From assembly GCA_051010635.1 (NCBI GenBank), contig JBPCVJ010000039.1:2489-66488 (forward strand): a stretch of 64,000 nt of DNA. The letters run 5' to 3'. This DNA comes from Alphaproteobacteria bacterium (GTDB taxonomy: Bacteria > Pseudomonadota > Alphaproteobacteria > JASGCL01). Positions within the stretch are counted from its first letter, which is position 1, and each line of letters begins with the position of its first letter. Below, one piece after another: positions 46,458-55,351 of this stretch. The position numbers were made by a program, and so were the translations under genes. Below the pieces are notes generated by a model. It saw nothing but the letters and a program-made list of their open reading frames with translations, did not search any database and was not told the origin of the DNA.

Positions 46458-49100
46458 ATGCCTAATACCATACCGCCCAATGATGATACTTCTGACCTTT
46501 TATCACCTTTAAAAGATAGTGCCAATCATTCCCCGCCGCTTGATAATCACGCCCAGAATGATAGCGAAAATAATTTACCAAAGGATGCTACCCTAACCCC
46601 ACTGATGGCACAATATCAATCATTAAAATCACAACACCCAGATAATCTGTTGTTTTTTCGCTTGGGCGATTTTTATGAATTATTTTTTGATGATGCTATT
46701 GAAACCGCCAGCCTGTTAAACCTTACCCTTACCAGACGCGGCAAACAAAATGATAAACCTATTCCGATGTGCGGGGTGCCATACCATGCGGTGGATAATT
46801 ATATTGCCAAATTAATTGCTATGGGAAAAAAAATTGCCCTTGCCGAACAAATAACCGACCAATCCAGCCATAAAAATTTGATGATGCGTAAAGTGGTGCG
46901 CATCATCACCCCAGGCACGGTGTTTGAGGATAGTTTGCTTGCTGATAAAACAAATAATTTTCTTATCGCCATCTACCCCCATAGTGCGATAGGTGGCAAA
47001 CATAATCCCCCAAGCGAAAAATCTATTGTGGTTGCCACCAGCGATGTATCGACTGGTTTTTTGGCGGTGGAAACGATACCCCTATCGCTGTTATCTGGTT
47101 TTATTAGTAAAATATCGCCTGCTGAGATTCTTATCCCCGATAATATGTTAAAGGATGAAAACATCGCCCTGACGATAAGGGATTTTTATGAAAAAATTAC
47201 CCCCGAGGCACATTCTATTTTTCATCATAAGCGTGGTAAAGAAATGCTTGAACAACAATTTCAAGTCAAAAGTTTGGCGGGGTTTGGCGATTTCAACCAT
47301 GATGAATTGGCGGTATTGGCGGGGTTATTATCTTATCTAAAACGCACCCAGATCGATACTATGCCGCGCCTATTGCCACCGAAAAAAAATAATCCATCGG
47401 ATGTGGTGGCGATTGATCGTGCTAGTTTTCAATCTTTGGAGATATTAACCAGCCAATCATCACCCCATAGCAAAAGCGGTAGTTTGCTTGATATGTTGGA
47501 TAAAACCCAAACCGCAGCGGGGGCAAGATTATTGCGTTCACGCTTGCAACAGCCATTGAAAAACCACCAACAGATTAATGCCCGCCTTGACCTCTTGGCA
47601 TTTTTTGTTGATAACCAGCCTTTAAGCGATTCTATCAAACAACATTTAACCGCCCTGCCTGATATATCCCGCGCCCTATCACGCCTATCGGTTAAAAAAG
47701 GCGGACCAAGAGATTTGGCGGCCATAGCCCAAGTGTTAGAAAAAATCCCTGCCATCAAGCAAACTTTGCGTCAATTTTTGCCAACCAACGATGAACATAA
47801 ATTATCGCAGGATGAAAAAAAAACCTATCAACCAATTATCCATTTGCTCACCGCTTGCCCCGATATTTTACCCATCAGGCAAACTTTACAAGATGCCCTG
47901 TTGATGGATAATTTGCCATTATTGGCACGCGATGGCGGGTTTATTCGTGCTGGGTTTCGCCATGACCTTGATAACATCAACACCCAGAAACAAGAAAAAC
48001 AACGGCAATTAAAATTGTTGGAGCAAACCTACCGCACCACCACCCAGATTGATAGTTTGAAAATAAAACACAATCATATCTGGGGATTTTATGTTGAAAT
48101 ACCCGCCAAACACGCTGGCAAGATGGCACAGCATCATATATTTCAACATCGCCAAACCCTATCATCATTGGTGCGATATAATAGTGCCGAATTGATAGAT
48201 TTGGGTAGCGATATTGAAAAAAGCATCAACCGAGCCTTGGCTTTGGAATTGGGAATTTTTGATGAATTGGTGGATGATATTTTAGACCAGCATATGCCAT
48301 TGATGAAAACCGCCGATTTGATAGCGGTGTTGGACCTTAATCAAACCATCGCCACCATCGCCCGTAACCAACATTTCACCCGCCCCGATATCATTGCCAA
48401 TGATGATGGCAACAACCGATTGGAATTGCATCGTGCCCGCCATCCGGTGGTCGAGCAGGCACTGGAAAAACAAGCCAACCATTTTACTGCCAATGATATC
48501 TTGCTTGATGATAAGCTATTCTTCATGTTGCTCACCGCCCCCAACATGGCGGGCAAAAGCACTTTCTTGCGTATGGTGGCAATTATTGTGGTGATGGCAC
48601 AAAGCGGATGTTATGTGCCAGCCGATAGGGCAGTGATAGCGGTGGTGGATAAAATTTTCTCACGGGTCGGGGCATCTGATGATTTGGCTAGGGGGCAATC
48701 AACCTTTATGGTTGAAATGTTAGAAACCGCCCATATCTTGCAAAATGCCACCCGCCATTCGCTTATCATTATGGATGAAATTGGTCGTGGCACCGCAACC
48801 TTTGATGGTCTATCGCTTGCGATCGCCATTACCGAGCATCTACATAACCACATCCATGCTAGATTATTATTTGCCACCCATTACCATGAATTGACCAAAT
48901 TGGCACAAAACCTAAAATCCATGACCTGCTTTACGATGAAGGTTGAAGAATGGGATAACAAATTGGTATTTTTCCATGAATTAATCTCTGGCAGTGCCAA
49001 TCATTCTTATGGCATTCAGGTGGCATCTATGGCGGGGGTGCCAAAATCGGTGATAGGTCGTGCCACACATATATTAAAGGAATTGGAAACCCATCAATGA
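46458..49100 (+). CDS. mutS: DNA mismatch repair protein MutS
   Basis: The mismatch-binding N-domain is LTPLMAQYQSLKSQHPDNLLFFRLGDFYELFFDDA. Walker A is TAPNMAGKST, and the C-terminal region carries the HTH. The tracked ORF start at 46221 lies inside tRNA-Leu, so I chose the ATG at 46458. Confidence 0.93.
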   Translation: MPNTIPPNDDTSDLLSPLKDSANHSPPLDNHAQNDSENNLPKDATLTPLMAQYQSLKSQHPDNLLFFRLGDFYELFFDDAIETASLLNLTLTRRGKQNDKPIPMCGVPYHAVDNYIAKLIAMGKKIALAEQITDQSSHKNLMMRKVVRIITPGTVFEDSLLADKTNNFLIAIYPHSAIGGKHNPPSEKSIVVATSDVSTGFLAVETIPLSLLSGFISKISPAEILIPDNMLKDENIALTIRDFYEKITPEAHSIFHHKRGKEMLEQQFQVKSLAGFGDFNHDELAVLAGLLSYLKRTQIDTMPRLLPPKKNNPSDVVAIDRASFQSLEILTSQSSPHSKSGSLLDMLDKTQTAAGARLLRSRLQQPLKNHQQINARLDLLAFFVDNQPLSDSIKQHLTALPDISRALSRLSVKKGGPRDLAAIAQVLEKIPAIKQTLRQFLPTNDEHKLSQDEKKTYQPIIHLLTACPDILPIRQTLQDALLMDNLPLLARDGGFIRAGFRHDLDNINTQKQEKQRQLKLLEQTYRTTTQIDSLKIKHNHIWGFYVEIPAKHAGKMAQHHIFQHRQTLSSLVRYNSAELIDLGSDIEKSINRALALELGIFDELVDDILDQHMPLMKTADLIAVLDLNQTIATIARNQHFTRPDIIANDDGNNRLELHRARHPVVEQALEKQANHFTANDILLDDKLFFMLLTAPNMAGKSTFLRMVAIIVVMAQSGCYVPADRAVIAVVDKIFSRVGASDDLARGQSTFMVEMLETAHILQNATRHSLIIMDEIGRGTATFDGLSLAIAITEHLHNHIHARLLFATHYHELTKLAQNLKSMTCFTMKVEEWDNKLVFFHELISGSANHSYGIQVASMAGVPKSVIGRATHILKELETHQ

Positions 49101-49780
49101 TAAAACCCCAAATCAACCCCGCCGATATTCAACATTGGGTATTCGATTTGGATAACACCCTTTACCATCATTCATTCAACCTATTTCAACAGGTGGAAAA
49201 ATTAATGACCAAATTCATTATGGAAAAATGGAATATGGATATCAATTCTGCCAAGCATTTACAAAAAAAATATTTCATCAAATATGGCACCACCTTAAGG
49301 GGGTTGATGGAAAATGATAACATTGACCCGATAGAATTCTTAAATAAAATACATGAAATTGATTACAGCCTATTACCCCGCAATGATAAATTGGCTAGCG
49401 ATTTACAAAATATCAGCGGGCAAAAATATATCTTCACCAATGCCAATCAAAACCACACCATCGCCATATTGAATCAGTTGGGTATCAAACAAACCATCTT
49501 TGCCAAAATGATATTTATTGAAGATATTGATTATATTCCCAAACCAAATATACCCGCTTATGAAAAATTCTTTAGCCACTGCCAGCAGATTCAAAAACAA
49601 AATTCAGTCTTGATAGATGATATTGCCGATAATTTAAAAACCGCCAAACATTTCGGTATGAAAACCGTGTGGTTAAAAAATACTTCCTACCCCCATAACC
49701 CCGCACCCCATCCATTGCCCGATTATATCGATATGGCAATTGATAACATTGATGATTTCGTTGCCGATATGATAAGGTAA
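49097..49780 (+). CDS. HAD-superfamily hydrolase (pyrimidine 5'-nucleotidase-like)
   Basis: HAD motif I VFDLDNTLY near the N-terminus. 227 aa. Its start overlaps the mutS stop by 4 nt. Confidence 0.6.
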   Translation: MIKPQINPADIQHWVFDLDNTLYHHSFNLFQQVEKLMTKFIMEKWNMDINSAKHLQKKYFIKYGTTLRGLMENDNIDPIEFLNKIHEIDYSLLPRNDKLASDLQNISGQKYIFTNANQNHTIAILNQLGIKQTIFAKMIFIEDIDYIPKPNIPAYEKFFSHCQQIQKQNSVLIDDIADNLKTAKHFGMKTVWLKNTSYPHNPAPHPLPDYIDMAIDNIDDFVADMIR

Positions 49781-49786
49781 AAAAAA

Positions 49787-50242
49787 ATGCCAAGCGATGA
49801 TATTGCCCTAATGAAACAATTGCTATCAATGGCAAAACAGGCTGGCAAAAAGGGCGAGGTGCCGATAGCCGCCATGCTGGTCGATAAACATGGCACCATA
49901 TTGGCAAGGGCACATAATCAGGTCGAGGCAAACCAAAACCCATTCCACCATGCCGAAATTGTGGTGATGCAAAGGGCGATGAAAAAAATTGGCAAAAAAT
50001 ATCTGCTTGATTGTCGGCTTATCACCACGCTTGAACCTTGCCATTTATGTGCGGCGGCGATCGGTTTGGCACGCATCAAAACATTGGTGTTCGGGGGTTA
50101 TGATGAAAAAATGGGCGGGGTGTTATCTGGGGCAAGGTTATTTGCCCAAAAAAATTGCCACCATATTCCAGACATCATTGATGGTATTTTGGCAAACGAA
50201 TCAGAAAAATTGATGCAAGAATTTTTTCAAAACCGCCGCTAA
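49787..50242 (+). CDS. tadA: tRNA-specific adenosine deaminase
   Basis: Zinc-binding HAEIVVMQRA and PCHLCAAAI (CDA-fold HAE...PCxxC). 151 aa. Confidence 0.85.
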   Translation: MPSDDIALMKQLLSMAKQAGKKGEVPIAAMLVDKHGTILARAHNQVEANQNPFHHAEIVVMQRAMKKIGKKYLLDCRLITTLEPCHLCAAAIGLARIKTLVFGGYDEKMGGVLSGARLFAQKNCHHIPDIIDGILANESEKLMQEFFQNRR

Positions 50243-50440
50243 AATTAGGGCAGGGTGATATAATATCGGGCGGCACAAAATAGCCATTGCCACAGGCTAG
50301 CGAGTCGCCACGCAACGCCACCACAGCTGGCATTATTTTTTTTCGTTGGCATCACCAAAAATACTTGAAAGTGAATAAAAAAATATTTTTTTTTATTGTT
50401 TGATGGTGGTATAATGGCTACTAATAATGAAAGGTAAAAT

Positions 50441-51142
50441 ATGATAGTTCAAATGAAACCTGAAGAAATTAATGTTTTTTGGCAATCTAACAACCAAACA
50501 ACATGGGAATATGTTTTGGGAAAATATATGTCCCGTGTTAAGTGGCGAAATAGAGAATTAGAGAATGAGTTAGAAAATGAATTCAATAAAGTGAAATGTT
50601 TAGATGATATAAAAAAATTCAAGGATGTAAAGAACTGGTATGAATTTATGTTAGAAAAATATTTTAGATGGAAATTTACTGACGGTAGGATATATGCAGG
50701 AAGAAAAACAGAATTTGAAATAAAATATGCATCTAATCAAGTATGTTTAGAAAATATGATTGAAGCTATTTTGCAAGAATCTAATCAGGCAGATGCCCAG
50801 ACAATGATAGCACTTACAAGAGAAATAGATGGGCTTGCTGTTCCAGCAGGTTCGGGTTTTTTGGCTTTATTATTACCAAAATTATATGGCACGGTAGATA
50901 GATATATTGTTGAGAATATTAAAGTCATAGAACCATTTAAAAATCACCCATTAATAAAATATATTAAACTTACAGCAATAGATAATACAGATTTTGAATC
51001 CTTAACAAAAATATTTAGAAATAAGGCAGATGAATTAAATAAAAAATTTTCTACTAATGATTGGACGCCTAGAAAAATTGATAAAGTGCTGTGGGCTATT
51101 CGGCAACCCCGCAAACCCCGCATTTCAAAATACCACCCTTGA
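50441..51142 (+). CDS. Hypothetical protein, first gene of an AT-rich cassette
   Basis: 233 aa. It has its own AGGTAAA ribosome-binding site before the ATG. No recognisable motif. By eye it is distinctly more AT-rich than the flanking housekeeping genes. Its last roughly 25 codons overlap the 29-bp direct repeat, copy 1. Confidence 0.45.
   Translation: MIVQMKPEEINVFWQSNNQTTWEYVLGKYMSRVKWRNRELENELENEFNKVKCLDDIKKFKDVKNWYEFMLEKYFRWKFTDGRIYAGRKTEFEIKYASNQVCLENMIEAILQESNQADAQTMIALTREIDGLAVPAGSGFLALLLPKLYGTVDRYIVENIKVIEPFKNHPLIKYIKLTAIDNTDFESLTKIFRNKADELNKKFSTNDWTPRKIDKVLWAIRQPRKPRISKYHP
51061..51089. repeat. 29-bp direct repeat, copy 1 (ttggacgcctagaaaaattgataaagtgc)
   Basis: It matches 51614-51642 with a single mismatch (G versus A at position 4). 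Confidence 0.85.
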
Positions 51143-51220
51143 TATTGGCTTATCAACACCCCATATTGTGAGATATCAACCAATTAAATCAATCAATTAT
51201 TTTTTGAAAGGATTAAAAAA

Positions 51221-51607
51221 ATGGAAAAAGAGTTAAAAATCGCTATATGGAACTTTATATATTATCTAGAAGATAATATGTATAGTGACCAAAAAAAGAG
51301 TTATTATAAATTGTATATGATGCGTTTTTGTGATGAACCTATGGATGAATATTGTTCTTTAGATCATATGCGAGATAAAATCAAAAAATTTATTCTTGAA
51401 GCAGAACAGGGTCAAATTTTAAAATTATTGCAATTTTTATTTAAAAATATTGCTTTAATATATGCTGATTCTAGAAGCAAACTTGCTTCAGTAGACGAAT
51501 TCACAAAATATACAGAACAACAATTAAATGATATTTTAGAAGGACATAAATTTCCTAGTAGATTTGATTCAAAAGAAAACATATTTTTTGAATTAAAATT
51601 ACCCTGA
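51221..51607 (+). CDS. Hypothetical protein, second gene of the cassette, bracketed by the 29-bp repeats
   Basis: 128 aa. AAAAAATGG start region with GGATTAAAAAAATGG upstream. No recognisable motif. Confidence 0.4.
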   Translation: MEKELKIAIWNFIYYLEDNMYSDQKKSYYKLYMMRFCDEPMDEYCSLDHMRDKIKKFILEAEQGQILKLLQFLFKNIALIYADSRSKLASVDEFTKYTEQQLNDILEGHKFPSRFDSKENIFFELKLP

Positions 51608-51613
51608 TAATTG

Positions 51614-51642
51614 TTGAACGCCTAGAAAAATTGATAAAGTGC
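51614..51642. repeat. 29-bp direct repeat, copy 2
   Basis: See copy 1. In the shifted frame the downstream sequence would give ...TPRKIDKVRFAITALFYHFYACYWWRIGVGIF*, an alternative hydrophobic C-terminus for the 233-aa protein. Confidence 0.85.
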
Positions 51643-51844
51643 GGTTTGCCATAACTGCCCTTTTTTATCATTTTTATGCTTGCTATTGGTGGCGAATTGG
51701 TGTAGGTATTTTTTGATGATTCGGCATAGCCGATATATCATTGATATATCGTATTTATATTGCTATGATGATCGTTTGGTGGGCAATGTCGCTTGCCATT
51801 AACTAAACTATAAATCAATTAACTTATATCATAAAGGAGACTAT

Positions 51845-52762
51845 ATGATGAAAAAAACATTCAAACAAACTCTATTGGCGTCAGCTTTGATAGGTTTGGC
51901 AGGTATTGCCAATGCTAAAGATGGGTTCTATGTAACCCCTGATTTCAATTTGCTATTTGTCGATAGTGGCTACACCAAAGATAATGGCACAGGCGTTGGT
52001 TTTGGTGGCGGTTTGCTAACTGGCTATCAAATCAATAATTTTCAACTCGAATTGGCGGCTGCCTACCAATATTATGGTGGCACAGGCTCGGTAACCCAAA
52101 ATCTTACACCAACGGGGCAACAGGCTGCCCTTGGCGGTGCTCAAGTTACAGGGGATGCTGAGGTTGGTGATGGTTCTGGATCAATGACCAGCTCGGTTGA
52201 TAGCAATGAAGCTTTCATTCCCTTAACATTGGGGGTGAATTATATCATTCCGCTTAATGACAGCGGGTCATTTTCCATTTCGCCCGGTATTGCAACTGGC
52301 GTGTGGTTTCACACCATAGATAGAAGCTTCTCTCTTAGCCCTGATGCTAATGTGATTAATGCTACTATTGGTGGTGCAAATGCAACCCAAGAGGGTCAAG
52401 TAGCGTTTGGTGCAGCTGTGGCAAATGCTATTACTGCTAGTGGTGGAACTCTAAACCAAGCTCAAGCCTCACAAGCGGTGGCAGCGGGTATTTTAGACGG
52501 AAATGCTCCCGATGATTCTGCTAGCGAAACCAAATGGGTTATCGTGCCAGCCTTGAACATGGATTATGCGATATCGCAAAATTTCACCATGCGTCTTGCG
52601 GGTAAATTTTATCTTGTGCCATCTGGCTACAGCGATAATTATGATGCCACTAACCAAGCCAATGCCGAGGCAGGGTCAGCTTTGTTTGCCCCAGCCTATA
52701 ATGGCGTAGAAGATTTCTTCTGGTATGGTGCGGTTAATCTTTCAGCACAATATACTTTCTAA
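51845..52762 (+). CDS. Outer membrane beta-barrel protein (Omp25/Omp31-like surface antigen family)
   Basis: Clear signal peptide (MMKKTFKQTLLASALIGLAGIANA-KDG). Gly/Ala-rich loops. C-terminal ...LSAQYTF with terminal Phe. Paralog of 54295-55029. Confidence 0.7.
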   Translation: MMKKTFKQTLLASALIGLAGIANAKDGFYVTPDFNLLFVDSGYTKDNGTGVGFGGGLLTGYQINNFQLELAAAYQYYGGTGSVTQNLTPTGQQAALGGAQVTGDAEVGDGSGSMTSSVDSNEAFIPLTLGVNYIIPLNDSGSFSISPGIATGVWFHTIDRSFSLSPDANVINATIGGANATQEGQVAFGAAVANAITASGGTLNQAQASQAVAAGILDGNAPDDSASETKWVIVPALNMDYAISQNFTMRLAGKFYLVPSGYSDNYDATNQANAEAGSALFAPAYNGVEDFFWYGAVNLSAQYTF

Positions 52763-52786
52763 TTATAGATTGATGAAATCAAAAAA

Positions 52787-52823
52787 ACCCCGTCTTGGAA
52801 TCTATCCAAGGCGGGGTTTTTTA
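52787..52823 (+). terminator. Rho-independent terminator after the OMP gene
   Basis: Hairpin ACCCCGTCTTGG...CCAAGGCGGGGT (one mismatch) followed by TTTTTTATTTTTT. Confidence 0.75.
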
Positions 52824-52896
52824 TTTTTTCAACTTGCAAATGGTGAATGGATTGGATAAAAATTTTTAATGGGCGAATAATGATGAGCGAACAATA

Positions 52897-54090
52897 ATGA
52901 GCAAACATAAAAATGATATTGTTATTTTGGCGGCAAAACGCAGTGCCATAGGGTCATTTTTGGGCAGTTTATCTAGCATCAATGCCCCAGATATCACCGC
53001 ACCATTGATAACATCGGTTTGTGCAGGGTTAGATAAATTGACCGATATTGGCGAGGTGATTTTGGGGCAGATATTAAATGCAGGTGGCGGGCAAGGCCCG
53101 GCACGCCAAGCCGCTATGCGGGCTGGAATCCCCCAAACCGTGCCAGCGATGGGGATTAATTTTCTGTGCGGTTCGGGGCTGAAAGCGGTGGCACTAGCCA
53201 ATGATTATATTCTATCTGGCAGTTGCCAATTGCTGGTGGCTGGCGGTATGGAATCGATGAGCCGCGCACCACACGCTGTATTATTAAGGGCAGGGCTACC
53301 CGATGCGATAAAAATGGGCGATGGCAAATTGGTTGATACCATGTTGTCAGATGCTTTATATTGTGCGTTTCATAATTATCACATGGGGCAGACCGCTGAA
53401 AACATTGCCAAAAAATTCAACATTGATAGGCACGCCCAAGATGAATTTGCCATAGCCAGCCAAGAAAAGGCGGCACGGGCTATCAAACAAGGCAATTTTA
53501 AGGATGAAATTTTACCCCTAACCATAAAGCAAAAAAAGGGCGACATGATATTTGACAATGATGAATACCCTAGGGGTGGCGATATAGATAGCCTAGCCAA
53601 ATTACAACCAGTTTTTATGAAGGGCGGTTCGGTAACAGCGGGCAATGCATCGGGCTTGAATGATGGCGCCGCGGCGTTATTGGTGGCAAGCCGTGACTAT
53701 GCCGATAAACACCATCTAAAGCCGATGTGCAAAATTATTTCCCATGCTTCGGTGGGGGTAGACCCCGCCATCATGGGGGTGGGGCCCATCGATGCAACCA
53801 AATTGGCGTTGGCAAAGGCGGGTTTGACGGTGGGCGATTTGGATTTGATAGAATCAAATGAAGCCTTCGCCGCACAAAGTTTGGCAGTGATAAAAGAATT
53901 GGGGTTTGATGCAAAACGGGTGAATATCAATGGCGGTGCGATAGCCCTGGGCCACCCCGTGGGGGCATCGGGGGCAAGAATATTGGTGACATTGATCCAT
54001 GCCTTACAAAAAAATGGCGGGCGTTATGGATTGGCAACTTTATGCGTGGGCGGTGGTATGGGGGTATCGATGGTGGTGGAGCGAGAATAA
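52897..54090 (+). CDS. Acetyl-CoA C-acetyltransferase (thiolase II)
   Basis: Active-site Cys region NFLCGSGLKAV, and the C-terminal NGGAIALGHPVGASGARI and CVGGGMG thiolase signatures. Confidence 0.92.
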   Translation: MSKHKNDIVILAAKRSAIGSFLGSLSSINAPDITAPLITSVCAGLDKLTDIGEVILGQILNAGGGQGPARQAAMRAGIPQTVPAMGINFLCGSGLKAVALANDYILSGSCQLLVAGGMESMSRAPHAVLLRAGLPDAIKMGDGKLVDTMLSDALYCAFHNYHMGQTAENIAKKFNIDRHAQDEFAIASQEKAARAIKQGNFKDEILPLTIKQKKGDMIFDNDEYPRGGDIDSLAKLQPVFMKGGSVTAGNASGLNDGAAALLVASRDYADKHHLKPMCKIISHASVGVDPAIMGVGPIDATKLALAKAGLTVGDLDLIESNEAFAAQSLAVIKELGFDAKRVNINGGAIALGHPVGASGARILVTLIHALQKNGGRYGLATLCVGGGMGVSMVVERE

Positions 54091-54207
54091 AATCTGGTGG
54101 AGCGGGAATAAAAGTTGGTGGAGCGAGAATAAATTTTAAGGTGGGCGGTTAATGGGGGTATCAATGGTGGTGGAGCGAGAATAAAAGTTGGTGGAGCGGG
54201 AATAAAA
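54064..54207. repeat. Minisatellite: about 5 tandem copies of a 21-bp unit (tggtggagcgRgaataaaaDt) plus a duplicated copy of the last roughly 35 bp of the thiolase gene
   Basis: Units are visible at 54071-54090, 54091-54111, 54112-54132, 54166-54186 and 54187-54207. The segment 54150-54186 (taatgggggtatcaatggtggtggagcgagaataaa) repeats the 3' end of the thiolase gene. Confidence 0.85.
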
Positions 54208-54238
54208 AACCGCCCAGCTAGCATAACTAGACTGGGCG
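54203..54238 (-). terminator. Hairpin terminator for the convergent minus-strand OMP gene. It may act in both directions.
   Basis: The stem CCGCCCAGCTAG pairs with CTAG(A)CTGGGCG. On the minus strand the hairpin is followed by TTTTTTATTCCC. Confidence 0.6.
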
Positions 54239-54294
54239 ATTAGGAGGAGGAAAGGCTTTTTTACTTCAGCCCAAAGAAGACCTATCAAAATCTA

Positions 54295-55029
54295 TCAAAA
54301 CCTATATGATGAACCGATGGTAACACCGCTATACCATAAAAGCCCGTCTTCTGGTCTGGGGCTTTCGGTGGTATAATATCCTTCGGTGTTGGCGATATCA
54401 ATAGCCGAATCGCTATAAACTTCATTATAACCACCAAACACCATATAAAATTTTCCTGCCAAAATAAGCGTCCATTGGTCATCAAGCGCATAGATCAATT
54501 CTATTTTTGGCACCAATAACCCCCTGATGATGGATGTGGTATCATCAAATGATGCGGTGCCATCAAATGGCGTAGTATTATCGGTGGTGGTAAAGGTTTT
54601 ATTCACACTATAAATCATCATGCCGCCACCGACGCTAAAGGTGGTATCGATGCTTTGTAAAAAGGGAAAGGTGTAATTGACACTACTATAGATGGGGAAA
54701 AAATTTTCGCTAATATCGCCTTCAAGATTTGTGGCGTCGCCAATTTTTTGCGTTTTGCCCGAACCGAAAGCATAATGCCAGCCAGCGGTGGCTTCCCATT
54801 GCCAAGCATCAAATTGATAGCCAAAGCTAAAGCTTAAACCAGCACCAAGCCCAGTTTCGCCCGAACCACGGGTTAAATCAGACGGGATAAGAATAAATTC
54901 CCCCTCAGGTTTGATAAACCAGCCGTCTTCGGCTTTGGCAGTACCCACCGCCATCATCGAGGTTAATAATAAACTGGCTAAACCAATTTGGATGTTTTTT
55001 TTCATTTTATTGCGGCGATGTTTTTTCAT
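54295..55029 (-). CDS. Outer membrane beta-barrel protein (Omp25/Omp31-like)
   Basis: Signal peptide (..MKKNIQIGLASLLLTSMMAVGTAKA-EDG). C-terminal ...IGSSYRF. The true start is probably the second Met, at about 55005. Confidence 0.7.
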   Translation of the reverse strand: MKKHRRNKMKKNIQIGLASLLLTSMMAVGTAKAEDGWFIKPEGEFILIPSDLTRGSGETGLGAGLSFSFGYQFDAWQWEATAGWHYAFGSGKTQKIGDATNLEGDISENFFPIYSSVNYTFPFLQSIDTTFSVGGGMMIYSVNKTFTTTDNTTPFDGTASFDDTTSIIRGLLVPKIELIYALDDQWTLILAGKFYMVFGGYNEVYSDSAIDIANTEGYYTTESPRPEDGLLWYSGVTIGSSYRF

Positions 55030-55312
55030 AATAGTATTTTTTGATTGATGGAATAGTTTCGCCCGCTATTATATCATCATTTTTTAAAAAATCAATAGGG
55101 GTGGGCATCATTATTGTCTTTTGTTGTTATTTTATTGAATTTTTTGCTATTGCAACAATGAAGACAGGTTATTTTATCCGTTTTCGCTTATAATAATAAA
55201 AATTGACCCAAATATTTTTTTTATAAATATGTTGACAAATTGATGAAAATATCTTATAAAAGGTGTAATTCTTTATAATATAAAGAAGGTGGGGTATTTC
55301 TTTAGAGTGCCG

Positions 55313-55350
55313 TAAAAAAGCCAGCATCTTTAAAAATGCTGGCTTTTTTA
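55313..55350 (-). terminator. Rho-independent terminator immediately after the DUF3800-like gene
   Basis: Perfect inverted repeat AAAAAAGCCAGCAT-cttTAAAA-ATGCTGGCTTTTTTA, with U-runs on both strands. Confidence 0.8.
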
Positions 55351-55351
55351 T

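Noticed and set aside
54064-54207. Could the 21-bp tandem repeats be a CRISPR array?
   Set aside because: The units are contiguous with no spacers and total only about 145 bp. They derive from the thiolase 3' end. No cas genes are nearby.
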